Source: an uncultured archaeon
Lineage (GTDB): Archaea > Thermoproteota > Bathyarchaeia > Bathyarchaeales > Bathycorpusculaceae
Reading direction: 5' to 3'
DNA length: 64,000 nucleotides
NCBI GenBank assembly: GCA_963782915.1
Contig: CAWALK010000012.1
Span: 352,001 to 416,000, forward strand
Under the pieces are notes generated by a model, which worked only from the letters and a program-made list of their open reading frames with translations, made no database searches and was not told the origin of the DNA. Below, piece after piece: positions 44,738 to 55,146 of the stretch (position 1 is the first letter of the stretch; every line of letters starts with the position of its first letter). Made by a program: the position numbers and the translations under genes.

Positions 44738-45432
44738 ACCAGCACCGATAAAGTTCAGCATGGTTCTGTTTAAGTTTTCCGATTGTACTGTGGAGTCTGG
44801 TTGTTGCCAACATAGAATTATATTTGATTCTTGAGCGTATTTGTTTGCAGGTTGGGGAACACGCTCCACTAAGGCATCTGTACAAACCATGAGTAACTAT
44901 TGAAGAACCCAACCAAGACAAGAATGTCAAGGAAAGGTCTTGGTAAGCACTTATGGTCGTGTATGTGCTAAGAAGTGGGGTTTAGACTCAACCTGTAACT
45001 ACTTTTAACTTTAGATTTGACCATAATTTTTTAAAGTTTAATATGCCCTTGGCTGCTTTTCCCTTGCCACGGCTTTGTTTTGTTGCTAGCGCGTTGTAGT
45101 CACACACTATTATATCAGATGGAAAGAAAGGTGTATTTGCCGGTTGAGGAACACGCTTCACGGTGACATGGGATCAGTCCTTGGTAACTGCTAAAGACCG
45201 ACTCTGAGATAACATCAAGGAAATGCGGCTTTGTCAAGTGCTAAAGATGGTCAGTGATTGCTGTGGGGTTTAGACTCAACTCGGCACCCCAAACCCTTCT
45301 CGCATAGCTTTTTTTATGTCATTACTTTTTTTTCTGGAGAATGCGCTAAATGAGCTTCAATTTATAATAAAAATAAACACTGAAGTATGCCAAATTCCAA
45401 AAAAGAAGGTAAAAAAGGAAGCGAATCTCTTC

Positions 45433-48162
45433 TTATTGATTCGCCAATTTCTTAAACAATCCCTGTCTTCCTTCCTGAACTGCCTCTGCTGTAGCTGTAC
45501 CATAAAGTTTCAAGAGAACAGAAACTAAACCCGTCCAACCTGTTTGGTGGCTTGCTCCTAACCCAGCTCCATTATCACCGTGGAAGTATTCATAGAATAA
45601 TATGTTGTCTTTCCAGTTTGGGTCTGTTTGGAATTTTTCTGTACCCCCATAAACTGGTCGTTTGCCATTACTATCGCGCAGAAAAGTCTTTGTCAATCGA
45701 GATGCAATTTCTTTGCTTACCTCAAACAGGTTCATCATTTTTCCTGAACCTGTGGGGCATTCGACTTTGAAGTCGTCACCATAGTATGAATACAGGTTTA
45801 GCAGAGCGCGACCGATGAGGATGTTTATGGGGAACCATACGGGTCCTCGCCAGTTTGAGTTTCCGCCAAAGGCTCCAGTGGTTGATTCTGCAGGTGCATA
45901 TGCTATACTGAATGATTCGTTGCCTAATTGAACGTTGTAGGGGTTTTCGTAGACACGGGATAGCGATCGAATTCCGTAGGGGCCTAAAAATTCGTTTTCA
46001 TCTAGCATTCTTGCAAGTACTCGACGGAGTTTGTCATCGGTCAACAAACTAAGTAAAAAGCTGCCGTTAGCGCCACGAACACCTGGTCTATGAATGTTAG
46101 CGACTAGTTCGGGATGGTTTTGAACAAACCAAGTCACGCGCTCCATAAAGTGAGGCATCTTTTCGATGTTTTCGCCTGTGAAAACGCTGTTGGCGCAAAG
46201 TGAGATTAAGCCAACCATTGAGCGGACTTTTAGCCTAACTGCCCTTCCGTCAGTATGCCGTATTACATCATAGTAGAAGCCGTCTTCCTCATCCCATAAT
46301 CCGATTCGGTCTGGTCCGCCGCTATTGAGGGCATGTGCAATCCAGAGGAAGTGTTCAAAGAATTTTATGGCTTGGTCTTCGTAGGCTGGGTTATCTTTAG
46401 CGAGGATTGAAGCTAAAGTTAGCATGTTTTGGCTAAACATTGCCATCCATGCTGTGCCGTCTGCTTGGTCTAAAGTTACGCCTGGAGGAAATTTGGCGCT
46501 TCGGTCGAAAAGTCCAATGTTGTCTAATCCAAGAAAGCCGCCTTGAAAGAGATTGTTGCCAGCGTTGTCTTTTCGGTTTACCCACCAAGTGAAATTCATC
46601 AGCAATTTTTGGAAGGCGTTTTCAAGAAATTCTGTGTCAGCTTTGCCGTATAGCGCTTCTTCTAAGTTATGGTTAAAAATAATTGCCCAAGCGTGAACAG
46701 GGGGGTTGACGTCGTTAAAGTTCCATTCGTAAGCTGGGAATTGGCCGTTGGGATGTAGGTAACGTTCGTTCAGCATCAGGTTTAATTGTTGCTTGGCAAA
46801 GTCTGGGTCAACCATGGATATTGCAACTGTGTGGAATGCTAAATCCCAAGCTGCATACCAGGGGTATTCCCATTTGTCAGGCATTGAGATGACATCGCTG
46901 TTAACCATGTGGAACCAGTTTATGTTTCGAACTGGTCTTTGAGATTCAGTGTAGAAATCTACATTGTGCTCGTTTAACCATTTGGCTATGTCGTATTCGT
47001 AGTATTGTTTGCTCCAAAGCATGCCCGAGAGTGCTTGCCTTAACACGTTTTTTTCGTCGTCATTAAGAGTCATTGGGCTGATTGATTCATAGAATTCGTT
47101 TGCTTCTTGTCGGCGCATGTCAAATACTCTATCGAATTCTCCATCGAACAATGTTCTACCTTGGAGGTCCTCGGGACTCATAGTGGTTAATCTTAGTTTG
47201 ATGGTCTGTGACTGTTTTGCAGGTATGGTGAGTTGATAGTTTGCTGAGGTTTTGGTTCCTATTTTCGCTGGATTGATTGCGTTGTTGTCTTTGTTTACGA
47301 TGTAGTTGTTGATTCCGTCTTTGACGTATTGGGTTAGGTTTGTTGTTCCGAATAGGCGTTGGTTGTTGTTTTCGTTTTCTGTAAAAAGTAGAGGGACTGT
47401 TCCTTGGGCGTATAAGTAGCGTTTTCCTAAAAATTGATGCTCGGCTACTGCGGCACTTACATTTTGCATTTCGACTAATTCTTTTATTATTGGACGTTCA
47501 ACTGGGGTTTTGCTTCCATACCATATGTTGCGGAACCATAGGGTTGGAAGTATGTTTAGTGTTGCAGCTTGGTCGCCTCGGTTGTGCGCGGTTATTTGGA
47601 TTAGGATGTCTTCGGGTGATTCTTTGGCGTACTCTATGAATACGTCGAAGTAGCGGTCTTCGTTAAAGATTCCAGTATCTAATAATTCGTATTCGAATTG
47701 GTATCTGTTTCTTGATTTGTTTGTGTTGGCTAAGTCGGTGTAGGGATATGCGTTTTGGGGGTATTTGTAGAGGTACTTCATGTATGAGTGGGTGGGTGTG
47801 CTGTCGAGGTAGAAGTAGTATTCTTTTACGTCTTCGCCGTGGTTGCCTTCACTGTTGGTTAAGCCGAATATTCTTTCTTTGAGGATTGGGTCTACTCCGT
47901 TCCATAGTGCAACTGAGAAGCATAGGTATTGTTTGTCATCGGAGATTCCGCCGATTCCGTCTTCTCCCCAGTGATAAGCTCTGGAGCGGGATTGGTCATG
48001 TGAAAAGTAATCCCAGGCTGCTCCGTCGTTACTGTAATCTTCCCTTACTGTTCCCCATTGCCGCTCGCTTAGGTAGGGTCCCCATTTGCGCCAGGGTACA
48101 TGCTGGTCGCGTGCTTCGTCTAGCCTAATTTTTTCTATAGACAAATCATTCAACCTCTTCAA
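45433..48162 (-). CDS. GH63-like (MGH1-like) glucosidase
   Basis: WGPYLSERQWGTVREDYS, MPDKWEYPWYAAWDLAFH, NWRGPVWFP, YEYFHGDNGAGLGASHQTGWT. Confidence 0.92.
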   Translation of the reverse strand: MKRLNDLSIEKIRLDEARDQHVPWRKWGPYLSERQWGTVREDYSNDGAAWDYFSHDQSRSRAYHWGEDGIGGISDDKQYLCFSVALWNGVDPILKERIFGLTNSEGNHGEDVKEYYFYLDSTPTHSYMKYLYKYPQNAYPYTDLANTNKSRNRYQFEYELLDTGIFNEDRYFDVFIEYAKESPEDILIQITAHNRGDQAATLNILPTLWFRNIWYGSKTPVERPIIKELVEMQNVSAAVAEHQFLGKRYLYAQGTVPLLFTENENNNQRLFGTTNLTQYVKDGINNYIVNKDNNAINPAKIGTKTSANYQLTIPAKQSQTIKLRLTTMSPEDLQGRTLFDGEFDRVFDMRRQEANEFYESISPMTLNDDEKNVLRQALSGMLWSKQYYEYDIAKWLNEHNVDFYTESQRPVRNINWFHMVNSDVISMPDKWEYPWYAAWDLAFHTVAISMVDPDFAKQQLNLMLNERYLHPNGQFPAYEWNFNDVNPPVHAWAIIFNHNLEEALYGKADTEFLENAFQKLLMNFTWWVNRKDNAGNNLFQGGFLGLDNIGLFDRSAKFPPGVTLDQADGTAWMAMFSQNMLTLASILAKDNPAYEDQAIKFFEHFLWIAHALNSGGPDRIGLWDEEDGFYYDVIRHTDGRAVRLKVRSMVGLISLCANSVFTGENIEKMPHFMERVTWFVQNHPELVANIHRPGVRGANGSFLLSLLTDDKLRRVLARMLDENEFLGPYGIRSLSRVYENPYNVQLGNESFSIAYAPAESTTGAFGGNSNWRGPVWFPINILIGRALLNLYSYYGDDFKVECPTGSGKMMNLFEVSKEIASRLTKTFLRDSNGKRPVYGGTEKFQTDPNWKDNILFYEYFHGDNGAGLGASHQTGWTGLVSVLLKLYGTATAEAVQEGRQGLFKKLANQ

Positions 48163-48457
48163 AAATCTACATGCAATTGCTAGAAAATGATGGGAAACTG
48201 TGCTAAATTAATATGTGACTTCAGAAATGAACTACATTCTAAAAATGCCTATTATATTTATCAGTTATCCGCGAGTTGTGCAATAAGCTTAGCGTGTTTA
48301 TTTTTATTTTTTATTAGTTGATAATGGCAGGGATCCTCTATACTCATCTTCTTCCAGCGGGCTTTGCAACGCCAGTGTTTTTTGGTGTCTGCGTTTGGGT
48401 TGGGTTGCAGGCTCAGTTGTGGAGCTTGCCTCAAGCAGTACAGAACAATTATATCCG

Positions 48458-49289
48458 CTAAGTGGACGCATTAAGCGTCTCTAGCATACTACCACTTCGG
48501 TAACCTTCCAAATCAAACGTAACATACACAAACCCCAATTTTTTGAGCTCCACCGCAACCATATCTAAAACATCCACATTACAGAACAGCGACCGCTCAT
48601 CTTCGCCCGACTTCGATACGTGCTAAACCATTGTGGTCCCGCACCCTTAATTGGCGGACATTCACGACTTCCCGTATTGCCGCCTCAGCCTGCTCAATGC
48701 GCTTAAGCTTTTCAGCCGTTATCTCTTCGTTAAAAGGAATCCTCGACGCTAAACAAGCCAAAGAAGGCTTATCATGAACGTTTAAACCCAGATTTTTGGC
48801 GACTTGGCGAATCTCTTCTTTGCTGAATTTGCATGCGACCCATGGGCTGTAGACGCCTTCGGTTTCCTGTACCGCTTTGAAGCCTGGTCGGTGGTCGCTT
48901 AAATCGCTAAAGTTTGTGCCTTCAAACACCGCTGAGAAACCATGTTCCTTTGCAAACGAGGTTAGTTTTTGCAGCAGTTCCTTTTTGCAGTAGTAGCAGC
49001 GGTTTTCTGGGTTTTTGGTGAACTCTTTGTTTTGTAGTTCCTGTGTTAATGTGACGTAGAGTTTGATGTCGATTTGTCTGGCGGTTTTTTGGGCGTCTCG
49101 CAATTCGTCGGCTGTGTATGTGGGTGATTGAGCGATAACAGCGACTGCTTTGTCGCCTAAAACTTGGCGGCTTATGGCAGCTAAGGTTGCGCTGTCTACG
49201 CCGCCGCTGAAAGCGATTACTGCGCCGTTTTTTGCTTTGTCAGCGATGAAAGCTTTGAGTTCTTCTACTTTACGATTTAATGCTTCCAT
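48458..49289 (-). CDS. larE: ATP-dependent sacrificial sulfur transferase LarE (frameshift near 48605)
   Basis: AFSGGVDS, NRCYYCK, DHRPG, CLASRIP, QLRVRDH, tail DLEGYRSGSM. Confidence 0.92.
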
Positions 49290-49297
49290 TTTATCGC

Positions 49298-50551
49298 CTA
49301 TTTTTTAGGATACATTTCCTGGGCTTTTGAAACTGCTTGGTCTAAGAGCACCCGCAGTGGCAGCTTCGTCTTCTCCGCCAGCCGTTTGAGGTCTTCATAT
49401 TCAGGTTTAATGCGCACAATCTCGCCTTTGGCGTTCTTGGAGACCTTCACGCGCACGGACTCCTTATTGCCCATAACAGACAAATCCACCATAAGCAGCT
49501 CCCTATTGATTATGTGGCGTTCGCAGTAGTAAACTCTAACGCCTAACGTGCCTGTCTCGGCGATGAGCACTTCTGAGAGGTGGGAGACGTCTTTTTGGTC
49601 AGCGATGACTTTGATGATTTGGGCTGGGCGATTCTTTTTTGTGAAGACGGGTAGTATGCTTACGTCTTTGGCGCCCTCCGCCAGTAGCCTGTCGACGGTG
49701 TAGCCGAGGACTTCGCCTGTGGCGTCGTCGATGTTGGTTTCTAACACTGCGATTTCGTCGCGGACAAGCTCCATTTCGGATGCTTCACCCAAAGTGAGGC
49801 GCAGGACTGCGGGCAATTCGGGGTATTCTTTGGTTCCAGCGCCATACCCTACCTTAAGGGGAACAATGGATGGATAGAAACTGTTCACTTCGCTTACCAA
49901 ATTGACAAGCAGTGCTGTGCCTGTGGGTGTAGCCAACTCCTTTTCGATGGGTCCACCATGGAACGGGAAATTCTTTGCCTTGCAAAATCGCCAAAGTGGC
50001 GGGTGCAGGTGCGGAGACGATGCCGTGGGAAAACTTGAATACGCCGCCGCCAACCGCCAGAGGCGTCGAGATAATTTTTGCTTCGAAGAGGTGCAAGTCG
50101 TCGAGTGCTACGGCGCAGCCAATGATTTCGGCGGCTGTATCGATCAAGTGCGACTTCATGGAGGTGGGCATCTTCGAAGCTTGTTTTATGCAAGTCAGCT
50201 TCGGCTTCGATGATTGTGCGGATGACTTTGGAAGCGAATGCTCTGGCTTTATCTGACATGTAGATGCCCGCTGCTGCTTTCTCCACGATGGCGATGAGTT
50301 CGCCGCCATGCCTCTTCTCGGCTGCGGTTGAGGTTACGTCGATTTGGGTAGCACGGAACTCGCCCCGCGTTACCTCATCGATGGCTATATCGATGTGCCT
50401 ATAGCCAAACTCAGGGGCTCTCAAGCGTTTTAATCGCGGAAATAACCCGTTCAACATTCACACCCAAATCCAACAATGCGCCAAGAAGCATATCCCCCGC
50501 TATCCCAGACGCGTTACAATCAATAACAAGAATTTTCTGTTTTTCAATCAT
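49298..50551 (-). CDS. larC: Nickel pincer cofactor biosynthesis protein LarC (frameshifts)
   Basis: GIAGDMLLGAL, HLHEV, HGIVSAPAPAT, ELATPTG, ETNIDD, KKNRP, ETGTLGVR, KPEYED. Confidence 0.92.
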
Positions 50552-50630
50552 AGGTCATCACAAAAAACGGTTCAGACAAGCAAGCATAATAGATATATTA
50601 TTATTTGGTTTTTTAAGTATTGTCTACTTT

Positions 50631-51419
50631 ATGTTATCGCTAAGGGAAATTTTAGACAAGGTTTCTCGCAACGAACTCTCCGCGGCTCAAGCAGAGACGA
50701 TGCTTAAGCTTTTGGCGGTGGATGAGTTGGGTTGCTTAGCGAAGCTGGATGGCAACAGGGAACTGCGTAAGGGTGTGCCTGAGATTATTTTGGCTGAAGG
50801 CAAAACCCCCGCTGATGTAGCGGAAATCTGCCAAGTTATGCTGTCCCATAATGGCAGGGTGATTGTGAGCAGATGCAGCAAAGACCACCTTGACGCAATC
50901 AAGGCGATACCGACTGATGGTTTGCAGGTTGAAATCAAAGAGCGCGCACGCATGGCTGTTCTCAAAAAGAAAGGCTATGTTACCACAGCTTACGGCGGTC
51001 GAGTTGGGATTTTAACGGCTGGAACATCGGATATTCCTGTGGCGGAGGAAGCTAAAGTCGTCGCGGAAGAGATGGGCTGCAAAGTCACCGTTGCCTACGA
51101 TGTTGGTGTAGCAGGTATCCATCGTTTGCTTGAACCAATAAAGGAAGTCATCGCCAACGACGTGGATGTTGTGGTTGTTGTGGCTGGACGTGAGGGCGCT
51201 TTGGCTTCGGTTGTTTCGGGATTGGTGGATGTGCCCGTAATTGCGGTGCCGACTTCTAACAGTTACGGTTTTGGCGCGAAGGGTGTGAGTACTTTGATGG
51301 CTATGTTGCAGTCTTGTTCGCTTGGTTTGGCGGTTGTTAACATTGATGGCGGCGTGGCGGCTGGTGCGGTTGCGACTTTGATTGCGAATCGGGCTGCGAA
51401 ATTCCGCAAAGAAGCCTAA
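50631..51419 (+). CDS. larB: Nickel pincer cofactor biosynthesis protein LarB
   Basis: PEIILAEGKT, AGTSDIPVAEEA, DVGVAGIHRL, PVIAVPTS, VVNID. Confidence 0.94.
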   Translation: MLSLREILDKVSRNELSAAQAETMLKLLAVDELGCLAKLDGNRELRKGVPEIILAEGKTPADVAEICQVMLSHNGRVIVSRCSKDHLDAIKAIPTDGLQVEIKERARMAVLKKKGYVTTAYGGRVGILTAGTSDIPVAEEAKVVAEEMGCKVTVAYDVGVAGIHRLLEPIKEVIANDVDVVVVVAGREGALASVVSGLVDVPVIAVPTSNSYGFGAKGVSTLMAMLQSCSLGLAVVNIDGGVAAGAVATLIANRAAKFRKEA

Positions 51420-51493
51420 GTTATTGTAATTTTTGGGTAGAAACCTAATTTTTGTGTAGTCTATCGGAAAATCGTGAGGTAATTGTTGAAACA

Positions 51494-51552
51494 GTAGCAC
51501 GAAATCACAAATCTTTAATACTGTGTAGCACCTTTCCACCATATCGTGTTAC
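51494..51552 (+). promoter_or_regulatory. Two tandem NikR-like operators
   Basis: GTAGCA-N16-TAATAC (51494-51521) and GTAGCA-N16-TGTTAC (51525-51552) vs NikR consensus GTATGA-N16-TCATAC. Confidence 0.72.
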
Positions 51553-51570
51553 TGGAGGAGACCAAATAGC

Positions 51571-52257
51571 ATGCACATACCCGACGGATACCTCACACCA
51601 ACCGTTTTGGCAGCTGCATTCGTAATCACAATCATCTTCTGGGCAATCTCCTTCAGAAAAATAAAGTTAACTGAATCACAAGTCCCAATGATGGGGCTAT
51701 TAACCGCGCTGTTCTTCGCAGCCATGTTCGCCAATTACCCCGTCTTCTTCGGAACCACCGCCCACCTGCTCGGTGCAGCAGTCATCGGACTCATACTCGG
51801 TCCCTTCGCAGGTCTAATTTCCATAACTATAATCATGGTACTACAGGCATTCCTATTCGGCGACGGAGGAATCACAGCTCTTGGCGCTAACGTGCTAAAC
51901 ATGGGCATCATCGGCGTATTCATCCCCTGTGCACTATTCTTAGTACTGAATATGGCACTCAAGCCAAAATCGAGTAGAACCATACTTGGAATGGTTTTTG
52001 TATCTGCCTTTGTCGGTGATTTACTTGCAGCAGTCGCGGCAGCAGTAGAACTAAGCCTATCTCAAGGAGTGTTCCAGTATGGCTTAAACGTCACACTTCC
52101 CGCCATGGTCATTAACCACTCAGTAATCGGCGTCGCCGAAGGCGTAGTCGCAGTTATAATCATCGGCACTCTGCTAAAGCTGCGCCCAGACGTTTTGCAG
52201 AGTAGCCCCATCTTGGGAAAACTTGGATTATTCAAAAACAAAGAGGTTGAAGCATAA
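51571..52257 (+). CDS. cbiM: Ni/Co ECF transporter S component (CbiM/NikM)
   Basis: MHIPDGYL N-terminus, GTTAHLLG, GDGGITALGAN. Confidence 0.92.
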   Translation: MHIPDGYLTPTVLAAAFVITIIFWAISFRKIKLTESQVPMMGLLTALFFAAMFANYPVFFGTTAHLLGAAVIGLILGPFAGLISITIIMVLQAFLFGDGGITALGANVLNMGIIGVFIPCALFLVLNMALKPKSSRTILGMVFVSAFVGDLLAAVAAAVELSLSQGVFQYGLNVTLPAMVINHSVIGVAEGVVAVIIIGTLLKLRPDVLQSSPILGKLGLFKNKEVEA

Positions 52258-52560
52258 ATGGCAAACCATAAAAAAATGAATCAGAAAACAATCGCCATTG
52301 GCTTAGCCGCCGCCTTAATCTTTGTTATACTCGGCACTTTTGTCTTCTCGTATGCCATGGAAACCTTTGACTTAAAAGCCGAAGAGTTGGGTGCACAAGA
52401 ACAGCAAATCTGGACTGCACCATTCAAGGATTATACCATCGCAGGTTCTGACAGCCAATGGATTGCCCTAATCGTGGGTATCGCAGCCACGTTACTGCTG
52501 TTTGTTGTTGGGATAGGTGTGGCTAAATTAATCAGGAAAAAGAAAGGTGGAAAACAATGA
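52258..52560 (+). CDS. ECF accessory subunit (NikN/PDGLE-like)
   Basis: Two TMs flanking APFKDY; position in operon. Confidence 0.75.
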   Translation: MANHKKMNQKTIAIGLAAALIFVILGTFVFSYAMETFDLKAEELGAQEQQIWTAPFKDYTIAGSDSQWIALIVGIAATLLLFVVGIGVAKLIRKKKGGKQ

Positions 52561-53368
52561 AGGTACCGCAATCGCTTAGAGATTTAGCTGAAGGTGCAGA
52601 ATCACTTGTTTATGTGGAAGATTTAAGCGGCAAAAAAGGCGTCATGCAAGCCATAAACCCAGTCGCTAAACTCGTCGCCATCATCGGCATGATCATCGCT
52701 TCCCTCTTCATCACCAACCTCACCTATTTACTTGCAATCTGCGTAGTTCCATTGGTGTTGGTTTTGGTTTCTCGGATTCCGCTTAAACACTTCTTCTTAA
52801 GAACCGCGTTTGTCACAGCATTAGCCGCCGTACTCTCAATACTCACCCTATTCACTACCGCAGGTACACCCGTTTGGGCGGCAAGTTTGGGCGGATTAAA
52901 CTTGGCAATAACAGTCGAAGGAATGACAGCAGCCGCAGTCTTCACGGTTCGTGTATGGTTCTGCGTTGCATCACTAATCATGCTGATACTCTCCACTGGC
53001 TTTGATAAAACCCTAAAAATGTTTGCAACCCTCAAAGTCCCAACCCTAATCATACAACTCTTCAGCTTAACCTACCGCTACTTCTTCGTCTCCATCGAGG
53101 AAGCCCAAAGCGTACTCATCGCCAAAGAAGCAAGAACCTACGTCCACAAACGCAGCCTGAATCTGCAATCCCTCAAAGATTTAGGTGGCATCATCGCTTC
53201 ACTATTCATCCGCACCTACGAACGCTCGAACGCGTCTACTTAGCCATGAAAGCCCGAGGCTTCCAAATAGAAAACGACAACAAACATGCTATGCCAAAGC
53301 TGCGCATCCGCGACGTCGCCTTTGCGTCATCGATAATAATTGCGTTTGCCGCAATTGCACTGCTTTAG
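52557..53368 (+). CDS. cbiQ: ECF transmembrane T component (frameshift near 53230)
   Basis: LTYRY, LFIRTYERS..VYLAMKARGF. Confidence 0.9.
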
Positions 53369-53380
53369 GAGACCCCTGTT

Positions 53381-54222
53381 TTGTCTGAAGCCATCGTTTC
53401 AGTGAAAGATGTAAAATTCAGTTACCCCGCAGGCGTAGCTGCACTCCACGGCGTCTCCCTTGAAATAAAGCAGGGCGAACGGGTGGCATTGCTGGGTCCG
53501 AACGGTTCAGGAAAATCCACACTGATACTGCTTATTGCAGGGCTTCTGATGCCAAAGAAAGGGGAAGTCACAGTTTTCGGCGAAAAAACCTCGTCAAAGG
53601 ACTTCCAGAAGTTCCGTTCACGCATCGGCATAGTCTTCCAAGACCCCGACGACCAACTCTTCACCCCCAGCGTCATCGAGGATGTTGAGTATGGACCAAA
53701 AAACCTCAAGTTACCCCCTGAAGACATCAAAGCCCGAAGCGCCCATGTGCTTGAGAAGATGGGCATTGAGCATCTCAAGGACCGCCCGCCTCATCGGTTG
53801 AGTTTTGGCGAAAAAAAGAAAGTCTCACTTGCAACGGCGTTGGTGTCTAAAGCCTGAACTGCTCATCCTCGATGAACCCACCGCCAACCTCGATTTAGTC
53901 TCTCGGAAGGGGCTTGCTCGATACACTCAACGAACTCAGCAAAGCCGGCACAACCATCATCGTTTCAACCCACGATGTTGAAGCCATCCCCGAATTAGCT
54001 GACCGCATAGTCGTCATCAGCCATGGTAACCTGCTGGGCGAAGGCAAAACCAGCGAGGTCTTGCAGGACAAAAAGATGCTGGAAGCCTCGGGTTTGGAGC
54101 CGCCGACGATCGTGGATTTGTTCGGTGAACTGAAAGCACAGGGACTAATCGATGAGGTGCCGCTGACCGTGACAGAGGGCAAAGAGACACTGCTAAAACT
54201 GCTGAATGATAAAAAATGCTAG
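53381..54222 (+). CDS. cbiO: ECF ATPase (frameshifts 53850-53915)
   Basis: GPNGSGKST, VFQDPDDQLF, LSFGEKK, LDEPTANLD. Confidence 0.92.
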
Positions 54223-54237
54223 TACCCGCTCACCCAC

Positions 54238-55020
54238 TTATGTAGAGCGAACAATCAAACCCAAATGCCGTCGATAAAGGAAAACTATCAGAAATGTACC
54301 GGCAGTGACGAGACTAACAGCACCAATAATGATTAACGTAATCTCGGCGGGTGGATTGGTTTGTATTGTGAAGTTGAAGGTGTTAGTTTTGGCCATGTTT
54401 CCAGCTGTATCATTAGCATAGATGACTACGTTGTGAGCTCCGGCTGCCGGTGTTATTGTTGCGTTTCCTGTAATTGTAACATTTGCGGTATTGTCTAAGC
54501 TGTAGCCTACCCACGAAGTCGCCTCGTTTATCGTAAAGTTCAGGGGGATGACAGGTTGATTGCAGATTTGGTCCTGAATCGTGATGTCGGAAAGACTGGG
54601 GGATTTTGTGTCGACTGTAAAGTAAACGATGGTTTCCCGTGTCTTCCGCGTTGGTGAACTGCCACTCTGGCACTCTATATAGACAGTGACGTTATGTTCC
54701 CCGTCACTCAACTTTGGAATTGTGTCTACGCCCTGATAGCTTCCGCTGAAGAAGGTTTGGAGGTCTTTAAAGTTCAGTTCCATGGGGAGGTAGCGTCTGT
54801 TTTGGTTGTCTATACTGTAGGATACACCGTACAAATTTGCCCATAGCCATTGAACTGATACGTTTAGAGTTAGATGATCTTTACTGTAGGTTTTGTTTTC
54901 AGCAGGTGTGTTTACTGTGAATTCTATGTAGGAACCACTTTCTGCTTCTGCAGTTGATAGTGCTGTTAGGGGAAATAGAAGACAGAAAATAAGCATTATT
55001 GGCACCAAAGTTTTCTTCAT
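54238..55020 (-). CDS. Secreted Ig-like domain protein with C-terminal TM
   Basis: YSLDN..NVTI, HNVVIYANDTAGN. Confidence 0.75.
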   Translation of the reverse strand: MKKTLVPIMLIFCLLFPLTALSTAEAESGSYIEFTVNTPAENKTYSKDHLTLNVSVQWLWANLYGVSYSIDNQNRRYLPMELNFKDLQTFFSGSYQGVDTIPKLSDGEHNVTVYIECQSGSSPTRKTRETIVYFTVDTKSPSLSDITIQDQICNQPVIPLNFTINEATSWVGYSLDNTANVTITGNATITPAAGAHNVVIYANDTAGNMAKTNTFNFTIQTNPPAEITLIIIGAVSLVTAGTFLIVFLYRRHLGLIVRST

Positions 55021-55146
55021 CTGGGTTCACAAGTTAAAGAAGTGCTGGAGGGGCTTATCACTCTCCCCAAAGAACAGGGCGTTCCCCCAAGAGAACACCG
55101 TTGCAATGCATAAACCGCTTTTCTATGGGTGAAAATATTGGTTCTA

